Positions 1 through 13,072 of a stretch of DNA of 64,000 nt are shown here, piece by piece; within the stretch, counting starts at the first letter, position 1, and each line of letters starts with the position of its first letter. Location: NCBI GenBank assembly GCA_965112735.1, contig OZ218954.1, positions 620,001-684,000 of the forward strand. Reading direction: 5' to 3'. The notes beneath the pieces were generated by a model. That model was not told the DNA's origin. It saw only the letters and a program-made list of their open reading frames with translations, and did not search any database. The position numbers and the translations under genes were made by a program. This stretch comes from Phaeosaccion multiseriatum (lineage: Eukaryota; Protista; Ochrophyta, other classes).

Positions 1-3000
1 CTCCACCGCTACCGGCCCTTGTGTCTCCACAGCTACCGGCGTAGGCGTCTCCACCGCTACCGGCGTAGGCGTCTCAACAGCTACCGGCCCTTGTGTCTCC
101 ACTGCTACCGGCGTAGGTGTCTCCACCGCAACTGGCCCTTGTGTCTCCACCGCTACCGGCCCTTGTGTCTCCACAGCTACCGGCGTAGGCGTCTCCACCG
201 CTACCGGCGTAGGCGTCTCAACAGCTACCGGCCCTTGTGTCTCCACTGCTACCGGCGTAGGTGTCTCCACCGCAACTGGCCCTTGTGTCTCCACTGCTAC
301 CGGCGTAGGCGTCTCAACCGCTGCCGGCGTAGGCGTCTCAACAGCTACCGGCGTAGGCGTCTCAACAGCTACCGGCGTAGGCGTCTCAACAGCTACCGGC
401 GTAGGCGTCCCCACCGCAACCGGCGCTTGTGTCTCCACCGCTACCGGCCCTTGTGTCTCCACCGCTACCGGCGTAGGTGTCTCCACCGCTACTGGTGTAG
501 GTGTCTCCACTGCTACCGGCGTAGGTGTCTCCACCGCTACTGGCCCTTGAGTCTCCACCGCTACCGGCCCTTGTGTCTCCACCGCAACCGGCGTAGGCGT
601 CTCAACAGCTACCGGCCCTTGTGTCTCCACCGCTACCGGCGTAGGTGTCTCCACCGCTACTGGTGTAGGTGTCTCCGCTGCTACCGGCCCTTGTGTCTCC
701 ACTGCTACCGGCGTAGGTGTCTCCACCGCAACTGGCCCTTGTGTCTCCACTGCTACCGGCGTAGGCGTCTCCACAGCAACCGGCGTAGGCGTCTCAACAG
801 CTACCGGCGTAGGCGTCTCCACCGCAACTGGCGCTTGTGTCTCCACCGCTACCGGCCCTTGTGTCTCCACCGCTACCGGCGTAGGTGTCTCCACCGCTAC
901 CGGCGTAGGCGTCTCCACCGCTACCGGCCCTTGTGTCTCCACCGCTACCGGCGTAGGTGTCTCCACTGCAACTGGCGCTTGTGTCTCCACCGCTACCGGC
1001 GTAGGCGTCTCAACAGCTACCGGCGTAGGTGTCTCCACCGCAACTGGCCCTTGTGTCTCCACCGCTACCGGCCCTTGTGTCTCCACAGCTACCGGCGTAG
1101 GTGTCTCCACCGCTACCGGCGTAGGCGTCTCAACAGCTACCGGCGTAGGTGTCTCCACCGCAACTGGCGCTTGTGTCTCCACCGCTACCGGCGTAGATGT
1201 CTCAACAGCTACCGGCGTAGGCGTCTCCACTGTTACCGGCGTAGGCGTCTCCACAGCTACCGGCGTAGGTGTCTCCACAGCTACCGGCGTAGGCGTCTCC
1301 ACAGCTACCGGCGTAGGCGTCTCCACCGCTACCGGCGTAGGCGTCTCAACAGCTACCGGCCCTTGTGTCTCCACTGCTACCGGCGTAGGTGTCTCCGCCG
1401 CAACTGGCGCTTGTGTCTCCACTGCTACCGGCGTAGGCGTCTCAACAGCAACCGGCGTAGGCGTCTCAACAGCTACCGGCGTAGGCGTCTCAACAGCTAC
1501 CGGCGTAGGCGTCTCCACCGCAACTGGCGCTTGTGTCTCCACCGCTACCGGCCCTTGTGTCTCCACCGCTACCGGCGTAGGTGTCTCCACCGCAACTGGC
1601 CCTTGTGTCTCAACTGCTACCGGCGTAGGTGTCTCCACCGCAACTGGCGCTTGTGTCTCCACAGCTACCGGCGTAGGCGTCTCCACCGCTACCGGCGTAG
1701 GCGTCTCAACAGCTACCGGCCCTTGTGTCTCCACTGCTACCGGCGTAGGTGTCTCCACCGCAACTGGCCCTTGTGTCTCCACTGCTACCGGCGTAGGCGT
1801 CTCAACAGCAACCGGCGTAGGCGTCTCAACAGCTACCGGCGTAGGCGTCTCAACAGCTACCGGCGTAGGCGTCTCCACCGCAACTGGCGCTTGTGTCTCC
1901 ACCGCTACCGGCCCTTGTGTCTCCACCGCTACCGGCGTAGGCGTCTCAACAGCTACCGGCCCTTGTGTCTCCACCGCTACCGGCGTAGGTGTCTCCACCG
2001 CTACCGGCGTAGGTGTCTCCACCGCTACCGGCGTAGGCGTCTCAACAGCTACCGGCCCTTGTGTCTCCACTGCAACTGGCCCTTGTGTCTCCACAGCTAC
2101 CGGCGTAGGCGTCTCCACCGCTACCGGCGTAGGCGTCTCAACCGCTACCGGCGTAGGGGTCTCCACCGCTACTGGCCCTTGTGTCTCAACCGCTACCGGC
2201 GTAGGTGTCTCCACCGCAACTGGCGCTTGTGTCTCCACCGCTACCGGCGTAGGCGTCTCAACAGCTACCGGCGTAGGCGTCTCAACAGCTACCGGCGTAG
2301 GTGTCTCAACCGCTACCGGCGTAGGTGTCTCCACCGCAACGGGCGCTTGTGTCTCCACCGCTACCGGCGTAGGCGTCTCAACCGCTACCGGCGTAGGTGT
2401 CTCCACCGCAACTGGCGCTTGTGTCTCCACCGCTACCGGCGTAGGCGTCTCAACCGCTACCGGCGTAGGTGTCTCCACCGCAACTGGCGCTTGTGTCTCC
2501 ACCGCTACCGGCGTAGGCGTCTCAACAGCTACCGGCGTAGATGTCTCCACCGCAACTGGCTCTTGTGTCTCAACCGCAACTGGCGCTTGCGTCTCCACCG
2601 CTCCCGGCGTAGGTGTCTCCACTGCAACGGGCGCGTGTGTCTCCACCGCTACCGGCCCTTGTGTCTCCACCGCAACTGGCCCTTGTGTCTCCACAGCAAC
2701 CGGCGTAGGTGTCTCCACCGCAACCGGCGCGTGTGTCTCCACCGCTACCGGCGTAGGCGTCTGCACCGCTACCGGCGTAGGCGTCTCCAAAGCTACCGGC
2801 GCTTGTGTGTCCACCGCTACCGGCGTAGGCGTCTGCACCCCTACCGGCGTAGGCGTCTCAACCGCTACCGGCGTAGGTGTCTCCACTGCTACCGGCGCTT
2901 GTGTGTCCACAGTTACCGGCGTAGGCGTCTGCACCGCTACCGGCGTAGTCGTCTCCACAACTGCCGGTGTAGGCGTCTCCACAGCTACCGGTGCGTCTGA
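1..3000 (-). repeat. Coding 24-bp tandem repeat (~125 units) with 144-bp and 360-bp higher-order periodicity
   Basis: Unit ctccaccgctaccggcgtaggcgt / ctccaccgctaccggcccttgtgt. 1-144 recurs at 145-288; 1441-1560 recurs at 1801-1920. Confidence 0.95.
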
Positions 3001-4030
3001 CTCCACAGCTACCGGTGCTTGTGTCCCCCCTGATACTGGTGCTTCTGTCTCCACACCTACCGGTCCCTCCGTCACGACAGCAACAGGCACTTCCGTTTCC
3101 ACATCTATCGGCGCTTGTGTCTCCACCGCCACCGGGACTTGCGTCTCCGACGGCGGTAGCGGAACGATTGGTCGTCGTTCTGTCTCAGGCGCTTGCGTCT
3201 CCACAGCAACAGGCGATTCGGTCTCCACAGCTACGGTCGTCGGAGGCGCCTCGACATCAGCACGTGTTGGTGATTCAGTCTCTGTCTCTGCAGCAACAGG
3301 CGTAGGCGTCTCCTCAGCTGCCGGTGTTGCCGTTTCAGGTGCTTCCGACTCCGCCACCTCCGGTGCTTGTGTCTCCACAGGCACAGGCCCTTCCGTCTGC
3401 TCAGCGGGGGACTCTGTTGGAGCTCCTGCTGGAGCTGCGGATGGAGTTGTGATCGTCAAGTCCTGTGGTGTTGATACAAGGCAGCGAGAGAGGGACCGTG
3501 AGGAAGAGCAAAAGGAAAGGAAAGAAGGTTTGGAGGAGGAGGAGGAGGAGGAGGAGGAGGAGGAGGAGGAGGAGGAGCAGGAGGAGGAGGAGGAGGAGGA
3601 GGAGGAGGAGGAGGAGGAGGAGGAGAAGGAGGAGGAGGAGAAGGAGGAGGAGGGGACGGTGCGGGTGGGTGGGGTCGAGCCGCCGTTGCATGTGAGACCA
3701 TTCGGTATCGCTATGCCCATGACCCGATGACGAGCAGCAGCAGCAGCAGCAGCAGTAGCAGCAGCAGTTGGTGATACAAGCACGCACCTGGCAAGTGAAT
3801 AAGGTGAAGGGGACGCCGCCCGCGATGCTGTTGATCGTCCGGTGAAACGCACATTGGAGCCCAGCGCAGCAGGGTGGGGCAAATGTGTTTACACCGCATA
3901 TATCGCCGGCAGCCCCGCAGGAGGTCACCGGCAGCGATTGCGTTTGAGAGGTCGCCGGGATGAAGAGGAGACAGAGGTGCAGGAGGGAGAAGAGGGCAGC
4001 AGTTGGTGCTACAGCAGCAGCAGCAGCCAT
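1..4030 (-). CDS. Secreted mucin-like protein: signal peptide + six-Cys knot-like domain + (VETPTPVA/VETQGPVA/VETQAPVA)n stalk; 3' end lies outside the window
   Basis: Exon 1 4030-3788 (MAAAAAVAPTAALFSLLHLCLLFIPATSQ...CGAAGDICGVNTFAPPCCAGLQC...FTCQ), GT donor at 3787, AG acceptor at 3463, exon 2 from 3462 open to position 1 (DLTITTPSAAPAGAPTESPAEQTEGPVPVETQAP...). Unit-to-unit variation in the 24-bp repeat is mostly synonymous in this minus-strand frame. Confidence 0.85.
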
Positions 4031-5481
4031 CCTTCCTCTGTGCTCACAACTGCGCCCCCGCTCTAAGGGTCTGCTTAAGGTGGAGGTGGAGGTAGGGTTG
4101 GGCCCGACTCGGAAAGAGCTGCCTCCTCCTTCTGCTGCTGCTGCCCCTCCTCCTCCTCCTCCTCCTCCTCCTCCTCCTCCTCCTCCTCCGCCTCCTCCTC
4201 CTCCTCCTCCTCCTCCTCCTCCCCCTCTTTTTCTTTTTCTTCTTCTTCTTCTTCCTCTTCTTCCCCTTCTTCCTCCTTCCCCTCCTCCTCCTTCAAGTCC
4301 TCCTCCGCCTCCTCCTCTTTCAAGTCCTCCTTCTTCTTGTTCTTCTTCTTGTTCTTCTCCTTCTTTTTCGTTTTCTGCCTCTTCTTCTCCCCCTCCTCCT
4401 CTTCCTCCTCCTCCTCCTCCTCCTCTGCAGGCCTCCTCAAGGACAGCCTCAGGCCCATGTAGACCCTGGTGAGCCTTCCGTGTGTGGGCAAGCGAGTGTG
4501 GGCGGGGGCCGTGGTGCAAGCAGCCAACGAAGCAAAGGGTGGGGGCAGCAGTGAAAACCAGGGGCACAAGGACAGGTACAAGAAGCAGTGGGGCGGAGGC
4601 AAATAATGCACCCCCAGGAGCAAAGGAATAATTTTCAGTTGCTGTGGCGTTAAGAATACCGATGTGGTGGAAGAGTTGGCAAGCTGTGTTTTCTAAGCAG
4701 CCGGAGCGACCAATCCCCTCCACCCCCCTCGCTTGGAGCTAGCGCTTGCCAGGACTGAGCTCTACTCTCTCTTTCTCTTCTTTTCTCACTCATGTGTTTC
4801 CTTCAAAGCTTGTAAGCATGGGTATAACCCCCTCCTCTTCCCCACGACACAGCCAAGCGCACCTTGTTGTGTCGTAGGCCGTGGGCCACCACCACAGTGA
4901 GCACGGGCAGGCAGACCAGCAGCAGTAGTGCTGGAGCTGTGGTCAATCGCAGTAGTAGTATTAGTAGCGTACCACGGAGGATGGACCTGCTGAAAAGCGG
5001 AGAACAAAGCGCCTGCTCGACCTGCTGGCTCTCCGTACACCTTTTTTGTCGTTGCCAACGAAGTGGACTTGTCGCGCCCACTACAGCTGCAACAAGAGCC
5101 AGCAGGTTGGCCCCAGAGGAGACCTCAAGGTGAGGCTTCCCCATGGTGCTCCTTCGAGCGCTACCTCTGCCTATAGAAAAGATGTGATGAGGGTCTTGTA
5201 GTAGAGGAAAACCCCCCTTAGTGGTGGGTTAATCTGCTGCTTCCCCTCCCCAAGCGTGCTACTGCTGCTGCTGCTGCTGCTGCCTGCGTTCTATTGTATC
5301 CATTGCTGGATCTCCTCTTTTCCCCACACCAAACCCGCAGGCTTTTTCTTTTTTTTTTTTCCTTCCACCTCCTCATGGAGATCTTTCGGGGCCGCCCCAC
5401 CGTCGGATTTCTACCGTTACAATTTCAATTTCACACAACTTTTTTTTTACTCTTTTGTAGCAATCCGTCGACTTACAACAA

Positions 5482-6616
5482 TCAACTATCTCGCACCTGC
5501 ACGCTGTGTGCCTCCACCTGCCCCGCCACGAGGGCCGACAGCTTCTGCGTCAAACCCTCTCTCTCAAAGCAGTGCGTCACAGATGGCTCTGGCTGCTGTA
5601 CTGGTGCTCCATCTCCATCACCATCACCACCACCACCACCACCACCCCCACTCTGAGGCACCACCATACGATCCACCGGCAAGGCCAGTCTGCTGGTGCT
5701 ACTAATGATACACCCCTGCCAGTTGCCAACATCGGACAGGTTGGGCGGTTCCATCACCACCGGTATGCCTTCCCTCTCACACACCTCCAGGAGAAGTCTC
5801 CGGACTGTTCCCTCGAGGATACCGTCAGCCGCTGTCAGGACCTTGCCGTCCTTTGTAACGGCGAAAAAGTTGGTCTGAGTGCCCTCATAGAGTGCCCCGG
5901 CGGCGTTTGGCAGGACGATTTCGTTTGATTCGGGTGCCATCTGCGTCTCTAGGGACGCTCTCTCGAGTACCCAGTGGCTGTCCTTGGCCAAGGGGTTGTG
6001 ACGAGGACGACCTCTGACCTCGATCTGGACAGGACTGGCAGGAGGCGGGGGAAGCTTCATACCGTGGCAGTAGAGGTGGAAGCCGTCCACTGCCTTCTCT
6101 TCATCAAGTACCGTCGCCCCTTCCCCCCCTTGCTGCTGCTCATCATTGCACCCGGACTCTGACCCAGTGTCTGACCACCCCCACTCTGCAAGCATGGTCA
6201 GCTTAAGCTCGCTGGCGTCGTTGTGTGGGTACTTGCTCTCGAATCGCTCGAGACACGCCGCCATGCAGGCCTTCATTCTCCCGCGAAGCTGCCGCGGATC
6301 AACGAGCGCAGGTAACTGCAGTTGTAAGTCTTCTCCCTTCCTCTTCTCCTTCGCCGTCTCGTCCTCCCCGCTACTCTTGTCTGCCTCCGCCTCTGCCTCG
6401 GCCGCTGCCTCCTCGAGCATGAGTCGAGCGGACTCTGCGAGGCGTTCCACATGCGTCTCGAACTCAAACACCGCGGTCTTGCCCCTCGTGGTCCGCGCGG
6501 TTGTGTAGGCCCCGCGATGAAAGCGTGTCAAGAGCCCCTTGGAGGTGTCGCCGCCCGGCATCTCCTCCGCCACGTCTGTATCTCTGCAAAAGGCGAAGTA
6601 GCCAGTGCTTTTGCTG

Positions 6617-6652
<36 letters not shown>

Positions 6653-6963
6653 TTACTGCTGCTAGACTCGCTTTCTTTGGAAGTACTTGTAGACGAAGCA
6701 GCAGCAGACAAAGCAGCCATCCCCTTCTGCTGATGGGCCCCTGCTCCTCCTGCGCCTCCGCAAAGCCTGCTCCGTCGCCAAGGGCTTGCTCGACTCCGAT
6801 TGTGGTGTATGTGAGAGTGAGCAGCAGGAGTCTCCGCAAATGCACACGCTGTCCTGCTTCTCACTCTGCCTACTCGGCTAGCGCTGCTGCCGAAGGCGTA
6901 AGTGCTTGGCAACTTCCATAGCACGAGGAAAAGATTCAAAGGGATCGCGGGATGAGGCTTCAT
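5482..6963 (-). CDS. PLP-dependent class-IV aminotransferase (BCAT / D-amino-acid aminotransferase / ADC-lyase-like), single exon, probable organelle-targeting leader
   Basis: 493-aa ORF with GAYTTART, HVERLAESA, RHNPLAKDSHW (likely PLP lysine), LYEGTQTNFF, GILEGTVRRLLLEVC and IISSTSRLALPV. Hydrophobic N-terminus ending STYA-F followed by an S/R-rich stretch. Confidence 0.85.
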
Positions 6964-7485
6964 ACCATTATGCGACTCTCTCTTTCTCTCTCTTTACTCC
7001 ATCTGTCTTCTTGTTTCTGAATGAGTCAGGAGCCAGCGCGGTGGAACGGAGGAAGTATGCGTTTTCAAATCCGATGGAGGTTTGGCTTGGCGACGGCACC
7101 CCCCCTGGGCCATTCCCCTTTGTTTCACGTTGCGTATAGTGTAGAAAACTCACGATGGTAAGAGAAGAGAGAAGTGGGGCAGGACTTTGCGTATAGATGT
7201 GTGCTTGCTGCTTGTGTAGGGTTTGGGACATGTGATGGCGCCGAAAGACGGGGCAGTCGCTGAGTTTGTTTTAGAGAGGGAAGAGAGAAAATAGAGAGAG
7301 GAGGGAGGAGATGGATGTACAGTAAAGGATGAAGAAGCAGCACCACAAGCAGCAAAAGCCTCCTACTGCACTCGAGAATGAGGTCTTTGTCTTGCTCTTT
7401 GCGCATGCGCTGTCCCGCATGGCTAGACGTTTCGGCGTATTCTCTCCCTTACAGAGTTGACAGCGAGGGTGCAGTACCGCTTGGC

Positions 7486-8331
7486 ATGGTGGCTGCTCGG
7501 GGAGGACCGTTTGGTAGTATCTCCCCCCCCCCCTCTTTTATCTCTAACGGGCAAGCTCGGCTTGTTGTGCCCCTTGCCTTGCCTTCCCCTTGCCCCCTTC
7601 CCTCCCCTCCCTTCACCTCCCTCTCCACCCCCTCCTTCCACACCCGCTCCTTGCAGGCCTCTCTTGCACGCTCCGCTTTGCGCATCTCCTCCCGGGCCTC
7701 TACCCCTGCCCCCCCCTCCTTCGCCCGGCGAGCTATGTCTGGCGGAGGAGACGCAGCCTACCACCAAGAGCGAGTCAACCACTGGGCGAAGGTGTCTCTG
7801 GCGGGTATCGGCGCCATTGCTGTACTGTCGTGCACCAGCTTGTATATTGAGATTGAGCATCAGGAGCACAAGAAGCACCACCCGCATGAGGTACAGGGGA
7901 AGGAGGGAGTACCGTCCCTTTTCTTACTTGTACCCGTCATTGCTTTGCCCCTCCCCCCCTTCTTAACCCCCCCTCCGCCTACTGTTGTACTCTCTCTCGC
8001 TGCTTTCCTCGCCCTCTCTCTCTTTCGCTGCTTCCCCCCCCCCCTCTCTCTCACACACACACATCGCGTGTGTCCTCTCTGTCTCTCCTACAATACGCCA
8101 GCCACCCGCATTCTCCCACTTGAGGGTAAGCAGTCACAATACTATACTCTGGATGGCACTGGATGGCACTGGATAGGAGCAAGAGTAGGCAGTTGCTTTA
8201 CGCTCTAGAGCAAGTAGTAGGTACTTCGTGGTAGTAGGTTAAGGTGCGCCAAAGAGTGGACAGGACAGAGTGCAGAGAGAGAACGAGGAGAGGGACAGGG
8301 GGAACGAGCGAGAGTAGGAGAGAGAGAGAGC

Positions 8332-8363
<32 letters not shown>

Positions 8364-8833
8364 CCTTCACAGTATATGCTGCTTCGTGCAACAATCACGG
8401 TATGTCGCTCCGTGCGACCACGTCTTTGCGTGCGTTGCATTTTGCTCTATATGGAAGTGGTGAAAAGAGCAGAGGGCAACAACCGCCAAACACAGGCTCA
8501 CCTCGGCTCCATGGTAGACGCACGACTGCGACTCTAGGATTCGAGGGGGTCGATGTTCTAGGGAGTCCGTGCCTCCTGCCTGACGACCTCCTCCCCACAC
8601 TCCTCACCCTCCTCCTCGCTTTGTTCCCACTCACACTTATTCCTCTCCCCCCCCCCTCCGCCCCTCCCGGGACCTCTGTTCTCTGCATGTGTGTGTGCAC
8701 GTGTGTGCGTGTGTGCCACTCACAGATCCGCAGCAAGCCCTTCCCGTGGAAGTGCAGCGATTGCACATTCATTCCCTCCACAAAGGCCGACATGGAGTGC
8801 TACGCGCAGTGCATGGGTGGGGAGGAAGAATAA
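7486..8833 (+). CDS. COX6A: Cytochrome c oxidase subunit 6a
   Basis: Predicted exons 7486-7488 (ATG only), 7657-7890, 8102-8125, 8726-8833. Mitochondrial-type presequence MASLARSALRISSR, then HWAKVS + one TM helix, then PPAFSHLR-IRSKPFPW (COX6A signature). Confidence 0.85.
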
Positions 8834-9782
8834 GTCAGTGGACTTGGAAGAATAAGTCAGTGGACTTGAAGATTATGTCAGTGGACTTGGAGGATACGTA
8901 GACCTACGTATTATTGCCTCAGTGATTGCACTGTCGTTGGCTCCAAAGGTGAATGGGAGAGGAGGAGGAGGAGCAGAAGCAAGAGGGAAAAGAGGAGGAA
9001 GAAGAAGAAGAAGAAGAAGAAGAAGAAGAAGAAGAAGAAGAAGAAGAAGAAGAAGAAGATTAGGCCAGCAGCGGCCGGGCGGCGGGGCGGGGGGGGGGGG
9101 GGGGCAAAAGGGTGTGTATACGGTATATCGTACAGCGAAAGAAACGGGCGTGGGGAGAGGGGGAGGAGACATGGACATAAAAACGTCTAATACACAACAC
9201 TTTTTTAAAAGTAAACTGAACCATAGCAGCGGATGTGGAGAACAAGAAAGAACATGTCAAAGAAGGATCCTTTTTGGAAGTTCGTCCTCCTGTGCCATCA
9301 TCCTCTGTATTTCTTTGGGTACTCAAAGTGTTTAATTGGGGAAAGAAACATGAGTGAGCTTTTGCCGCCATAAAAGCTTTGTTATCACTTGCCACTTGCC
9401 TCCTCACCACCCTTCCTCTCAGCATCCCTCTTCCCAAGACAAGGTAGTGGGCCATGGGACCCACTCCCTCCTCCTCTTCCTTCCTTCACTACTACTCCAA
9501 GTAGTAGTACTGCTAGTTTCCCCCTCACTCTTCCTCCTCCTCCTCCTCCTCCTCCTCCTCCTCCTCCTCCTCCTCCTCCTCCTCCTCTTGACCGGGGCCA
9601 ATACGTAGGGGCCTATAAAAAAAATTCGAAATGCCTCCACCCCCCACCCCAACTAGACCCAACCTCTCCTTCATCTCCTTCACCTGAGCGCCCTCTTCGC
9701 TCAAACTCATACTACAGTTACAATAGTCAATTTTTCAATCCCCTAGTCACCCTAGTGCCTTCCTTACTCAAACTCAAAGATA

Positions 9783-11921
9783 TCACCGAGGCGTGGTGCT
9801 ACCCCTGCCCTCCTTCGCCTCCCTCGTCCGATCCATTAGCAGCAGGAAGATATTCTCCAGGATTTGGGCGTCTCTGTCCTTAGTTGACTCAAACGAAGTG
9901 CTCTTGCCGAACACCTCCCCCTCCTCCTCCTCCTCCTCCTCCGATCCACCAACCCCTCCAACCCCACCAACACCGGCACCGTCCTTCTTCTCCTTGTTCT
10001 TTCCCTTGGGGCTCTTGCTAGTAGTATTGTTCCTCTTGGGGCTTTTACTCTTTCCCCTCCCTCCTCCCCCATCCACTGCCATCTTCCTCGTCAGTGTCAC
10101 AACGAGCCCCTCTCGCTCTACTTTGGCAAGGTCTTTGAGCAAGATGGAGTTGTCCTTTCCCCCTCCAAGGAGCTTTTTGGAGCCCCAGGTGAGCTCGTTC
10201 TTCGCCTCGTTATAGCGGAGGACGCGCGGCACCTTTGCAAGCGACAAGAGGGAAGAGAGAGGGAGGGAGGGAGGGAGGGAGGGAGGGAGGGAGGGAGGGA
10301 GAGGGAGGGAGGGAGGGAGGGAGGGAGGGAGGGAGGGAGGGAGGGAGGGAGGGAGGGAGGGAGGGAGGGAGGGAGGGAGGGAGGGAGGGAGGGAGGGAGG
10401 GAGGGAGGGAGGGAGGGAGGGAGGGAGCGAGCGAGGGAGGGAGGGAGGGAGGGAGGGAGAGAGGGAGGGAGGGAGGGAGGGAGGGAGGGAGGGAGGGAGG
10501 GAGGGAGGAGAAGAGAAGATGGCAGTGGATGGGGAAGCGATGGGGGAGCGACAGACAAGGAGAACACCCAGTGAGTGAGAAGGGAAGGGTGAACCAATTG
10601 TTGAAAGCGAGCAGTCCCGTGGTGGGGTTCATCTCCCACGCCGTGGCGATGGCGGTGTGGTGAGGTGCTATCCGGCCTGCTCATACCCCCTCCCTCCCTC
10701 CCTCCCTCCCTCCCTCCCTCCCTCCCTCCCTCCCTCCCTCCCTCCCTCCCTCCCTCCCTCCCTCCCTCCCTCCCTCCCTCCCTCCCTCCCTCCCTCCCTC
10801 CCTCCCTCCCTCCCTCCCTCCCTCCCTCCCTCCCTCCCTCCCTCCCTCCCTTCCCCTCCCCTCTTCTCCCGTCCCTCTCCGTCACCCCTGCCCTTCCATT
10901 ATCTCCTCTTCTTCCTCCCCTCCCTCCCTCATGCCTGCCCTACCTTCTTGGGGGGCTTGTCCTTGTCCTTCTTGCTCGTGCCGCTCTTGCAGTGCTTCTG
11001 CAGCACCAGGCCGGGCCCGTTTTGCATCGTCGCTTTCAAGAACTTGTCAAGGACTTGGTCGTCCCATCGACTCGTCCCTCTCTTGGGCGTGACGGGTGAG
11101 GCGGGGGCCGTTACATTCTTCCGATCTCCACTCTTCTCGTTCTTGTTCTTCACATGTTGGTTGTTCTTGGGTGAGGACGACAAGTCCTTTCCTGCGATGA
11201 AGTCCGTGAAGCCCAATCCCTCTGCAGCAACGCCCGAGTCGGTTGTGTCTTTCTCCACGTCCGCGCCCTTCTTCTTCCCTGCGCTATTTGGCCTTTGCTG
11301 CCGTCGCTCCGCGCTGAGAGGACGAGAAGGAGGAGGAGGGGGAGAGGAGGTATCCCTATCTGCCCTATCACGCCTGCCTCCTTTGGGCGAGTAAGATGAT
11401 GATGTGACAGCAGCCCCTGGCAGATGTCGCCGGCTGGCACTGCTTCTTCTACTGCTACTGCCGGTGCTGCTTGGCCCATCCCGCTCTCCCCGTTCTACTC
11501 CTCCTCCTGCTCCTCCTCCCCCTCCTCCCGCCGCCATCTTGGGTGTCGCCGCAAAGCTCCGGCAAGCACTCTCGAGGTCACCAGGGTCAACGATGGTATC
11601 ATCCAGCCCCCCTTCCATCACCAAAGGAGGATCCCGTGTCCTATTCCCTAGCCCTTTCCGTTTGCCTTTCCCGCTTCTTCCTCCTCGTGATGATGGTGAG
11701 TGGTGGTCGTGGCGCTCGTCCACCTTGGTGACCGTACCGCTGTCATTGTCCACCACGAAATCGTAATTGTGCTCCTCCTCCCCCCCCTCCTCCCCCTCCT
11801 CCCCCGAATCCTCCCCCTCTTCATACTCGAAAGGCTCATCCGAGTCATCTATCATGCGACTCAGGTCTCCGTCCTCGCCGCAGCAAAACATTGAGTTAAT
11901 TCCATCCAAGATTGAGGCCAT
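9783..11921 (-). CDS. Hypothetical protein with low-complexity N-terminus and C-terminal PH-like domain
   Basis: Exons 11921-10944 and 10232-9783 joined in phase 0 across a (GGGA)n/(TCCC)n intron. LVLQKHCKSG...PKKVPRVLRYNEAKNELTWGSKK...SILLKDLAKVER...STSFES resembles PLC-type PH folds. N-terminal MFCC may be palmitoylated. Confidence 0.6.
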
Positions 11922-12188
11922 GACCGATCCACTTGGTCCCTTACCAATACTCGACTAAGCCACGCAAGGACAATACTAAGAAGAGAGGGTCAAAGAGAAA
12001 AACACTATATGGTATGGCTGAATAACACAAAAGAAGGACAGATAGCTCGAAAGAACGGCGGTGCCGTTACAGAAATTTCAGGTCGTCGGGTATGTGGTAA
12101 GTACGAAAAACGACCCCTTTTTAAAAGCACATGGATCAATCAATTACAGGTTAAGGTCTATTGACCTGAACTGAACTGAACTTTTACT

Positions 12189-12725
12189 TCATCTCTTCTT
12201 TTTGCATCCTCCTGCCGCTCCTCCTCCTCCTCCTCCTGATACATCACATCCTCCCCCTCCTCCTGCTCCTGCCGTATCACCAACTGCTGCAGCCTTCTTT
12301 GCCGCCGCCACCGCTGCCTTGACCTGATCCACCTTCGCCGCCTCACAGTGCCTCTCCACCACCTGTTGCAAGTAAGTCAGTGACCGTCAGCATCTAAATG
12401 AACAGAGAGTGGGCGACCATGGATCAATTACGGTTACAGAATGAGGGCCGACGGCGGGTGGGATTGTCTGACACGAGGTAGTTATGTCACACTTACCTCT
12501 GTGAGCAGGTCCTCCCTCGCACCCACCACCACGTCGGCGTCCACCCGCTCGCCTTCTCTCCACACCTGATACCACAAACATAGACACCGGGTGAGGTTAT
12601 GTGAGGTTATGTGAGGTTATGTGAGGTTATGTGGGGTTAAGTGGGGTTATGTGAGATCAGGGGTAAGGGTTGACCGACCACGTGTAGCGGAGGAGAAGGA
12701 CATGTGAAGACACAACTCCAACAAG

Positions 12726-12787
<62 letters not shown>

Positions 12788-12835
12788 TTACTCTACTACT
12801 ACTACTACTCTTTACTACTACTACTGCTGCTACCG

Positions 12836-12884
<49 letters not shown>

Positions 12885-12910
12885 CACTTCTACTACGACT
12901 ACTACTACTT

Positions 12911-12945
<35 letters not shown>

Positions 12946-12985
12946 TACTACTCCTACTTCTACTACTACTACAACTACTACTACA

Positions 12986-13034
<49 letters not shown>

Positions 13035-13035
13035 T

Positions 13036-13072
<37 letters not shown>

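Noticed and set aside
19-3000. 993-aa Arg/Cys/His-rich plus-strand ORF (protamine-like)
   Set aside because: Antisense shadow of the mucin repeat. Repeat variation is synonymous in the minus-strand frame, which also has a signal-peptide exon and splice sites.
1-3000. CRISPR-like array
   Set aside because: Contiguous 24-bp units with no unique spacers; eukaryotic coding repeat; no cas genes.
4075-5150. Possible extra gene (Glu-rich ORF 4075-4623; hydrophobic ORF 4803-5144)
   Set aside because: Low-complexity or short, with no recognisable domain or splice model. It cannot be supported, although a small gene is not excluded.
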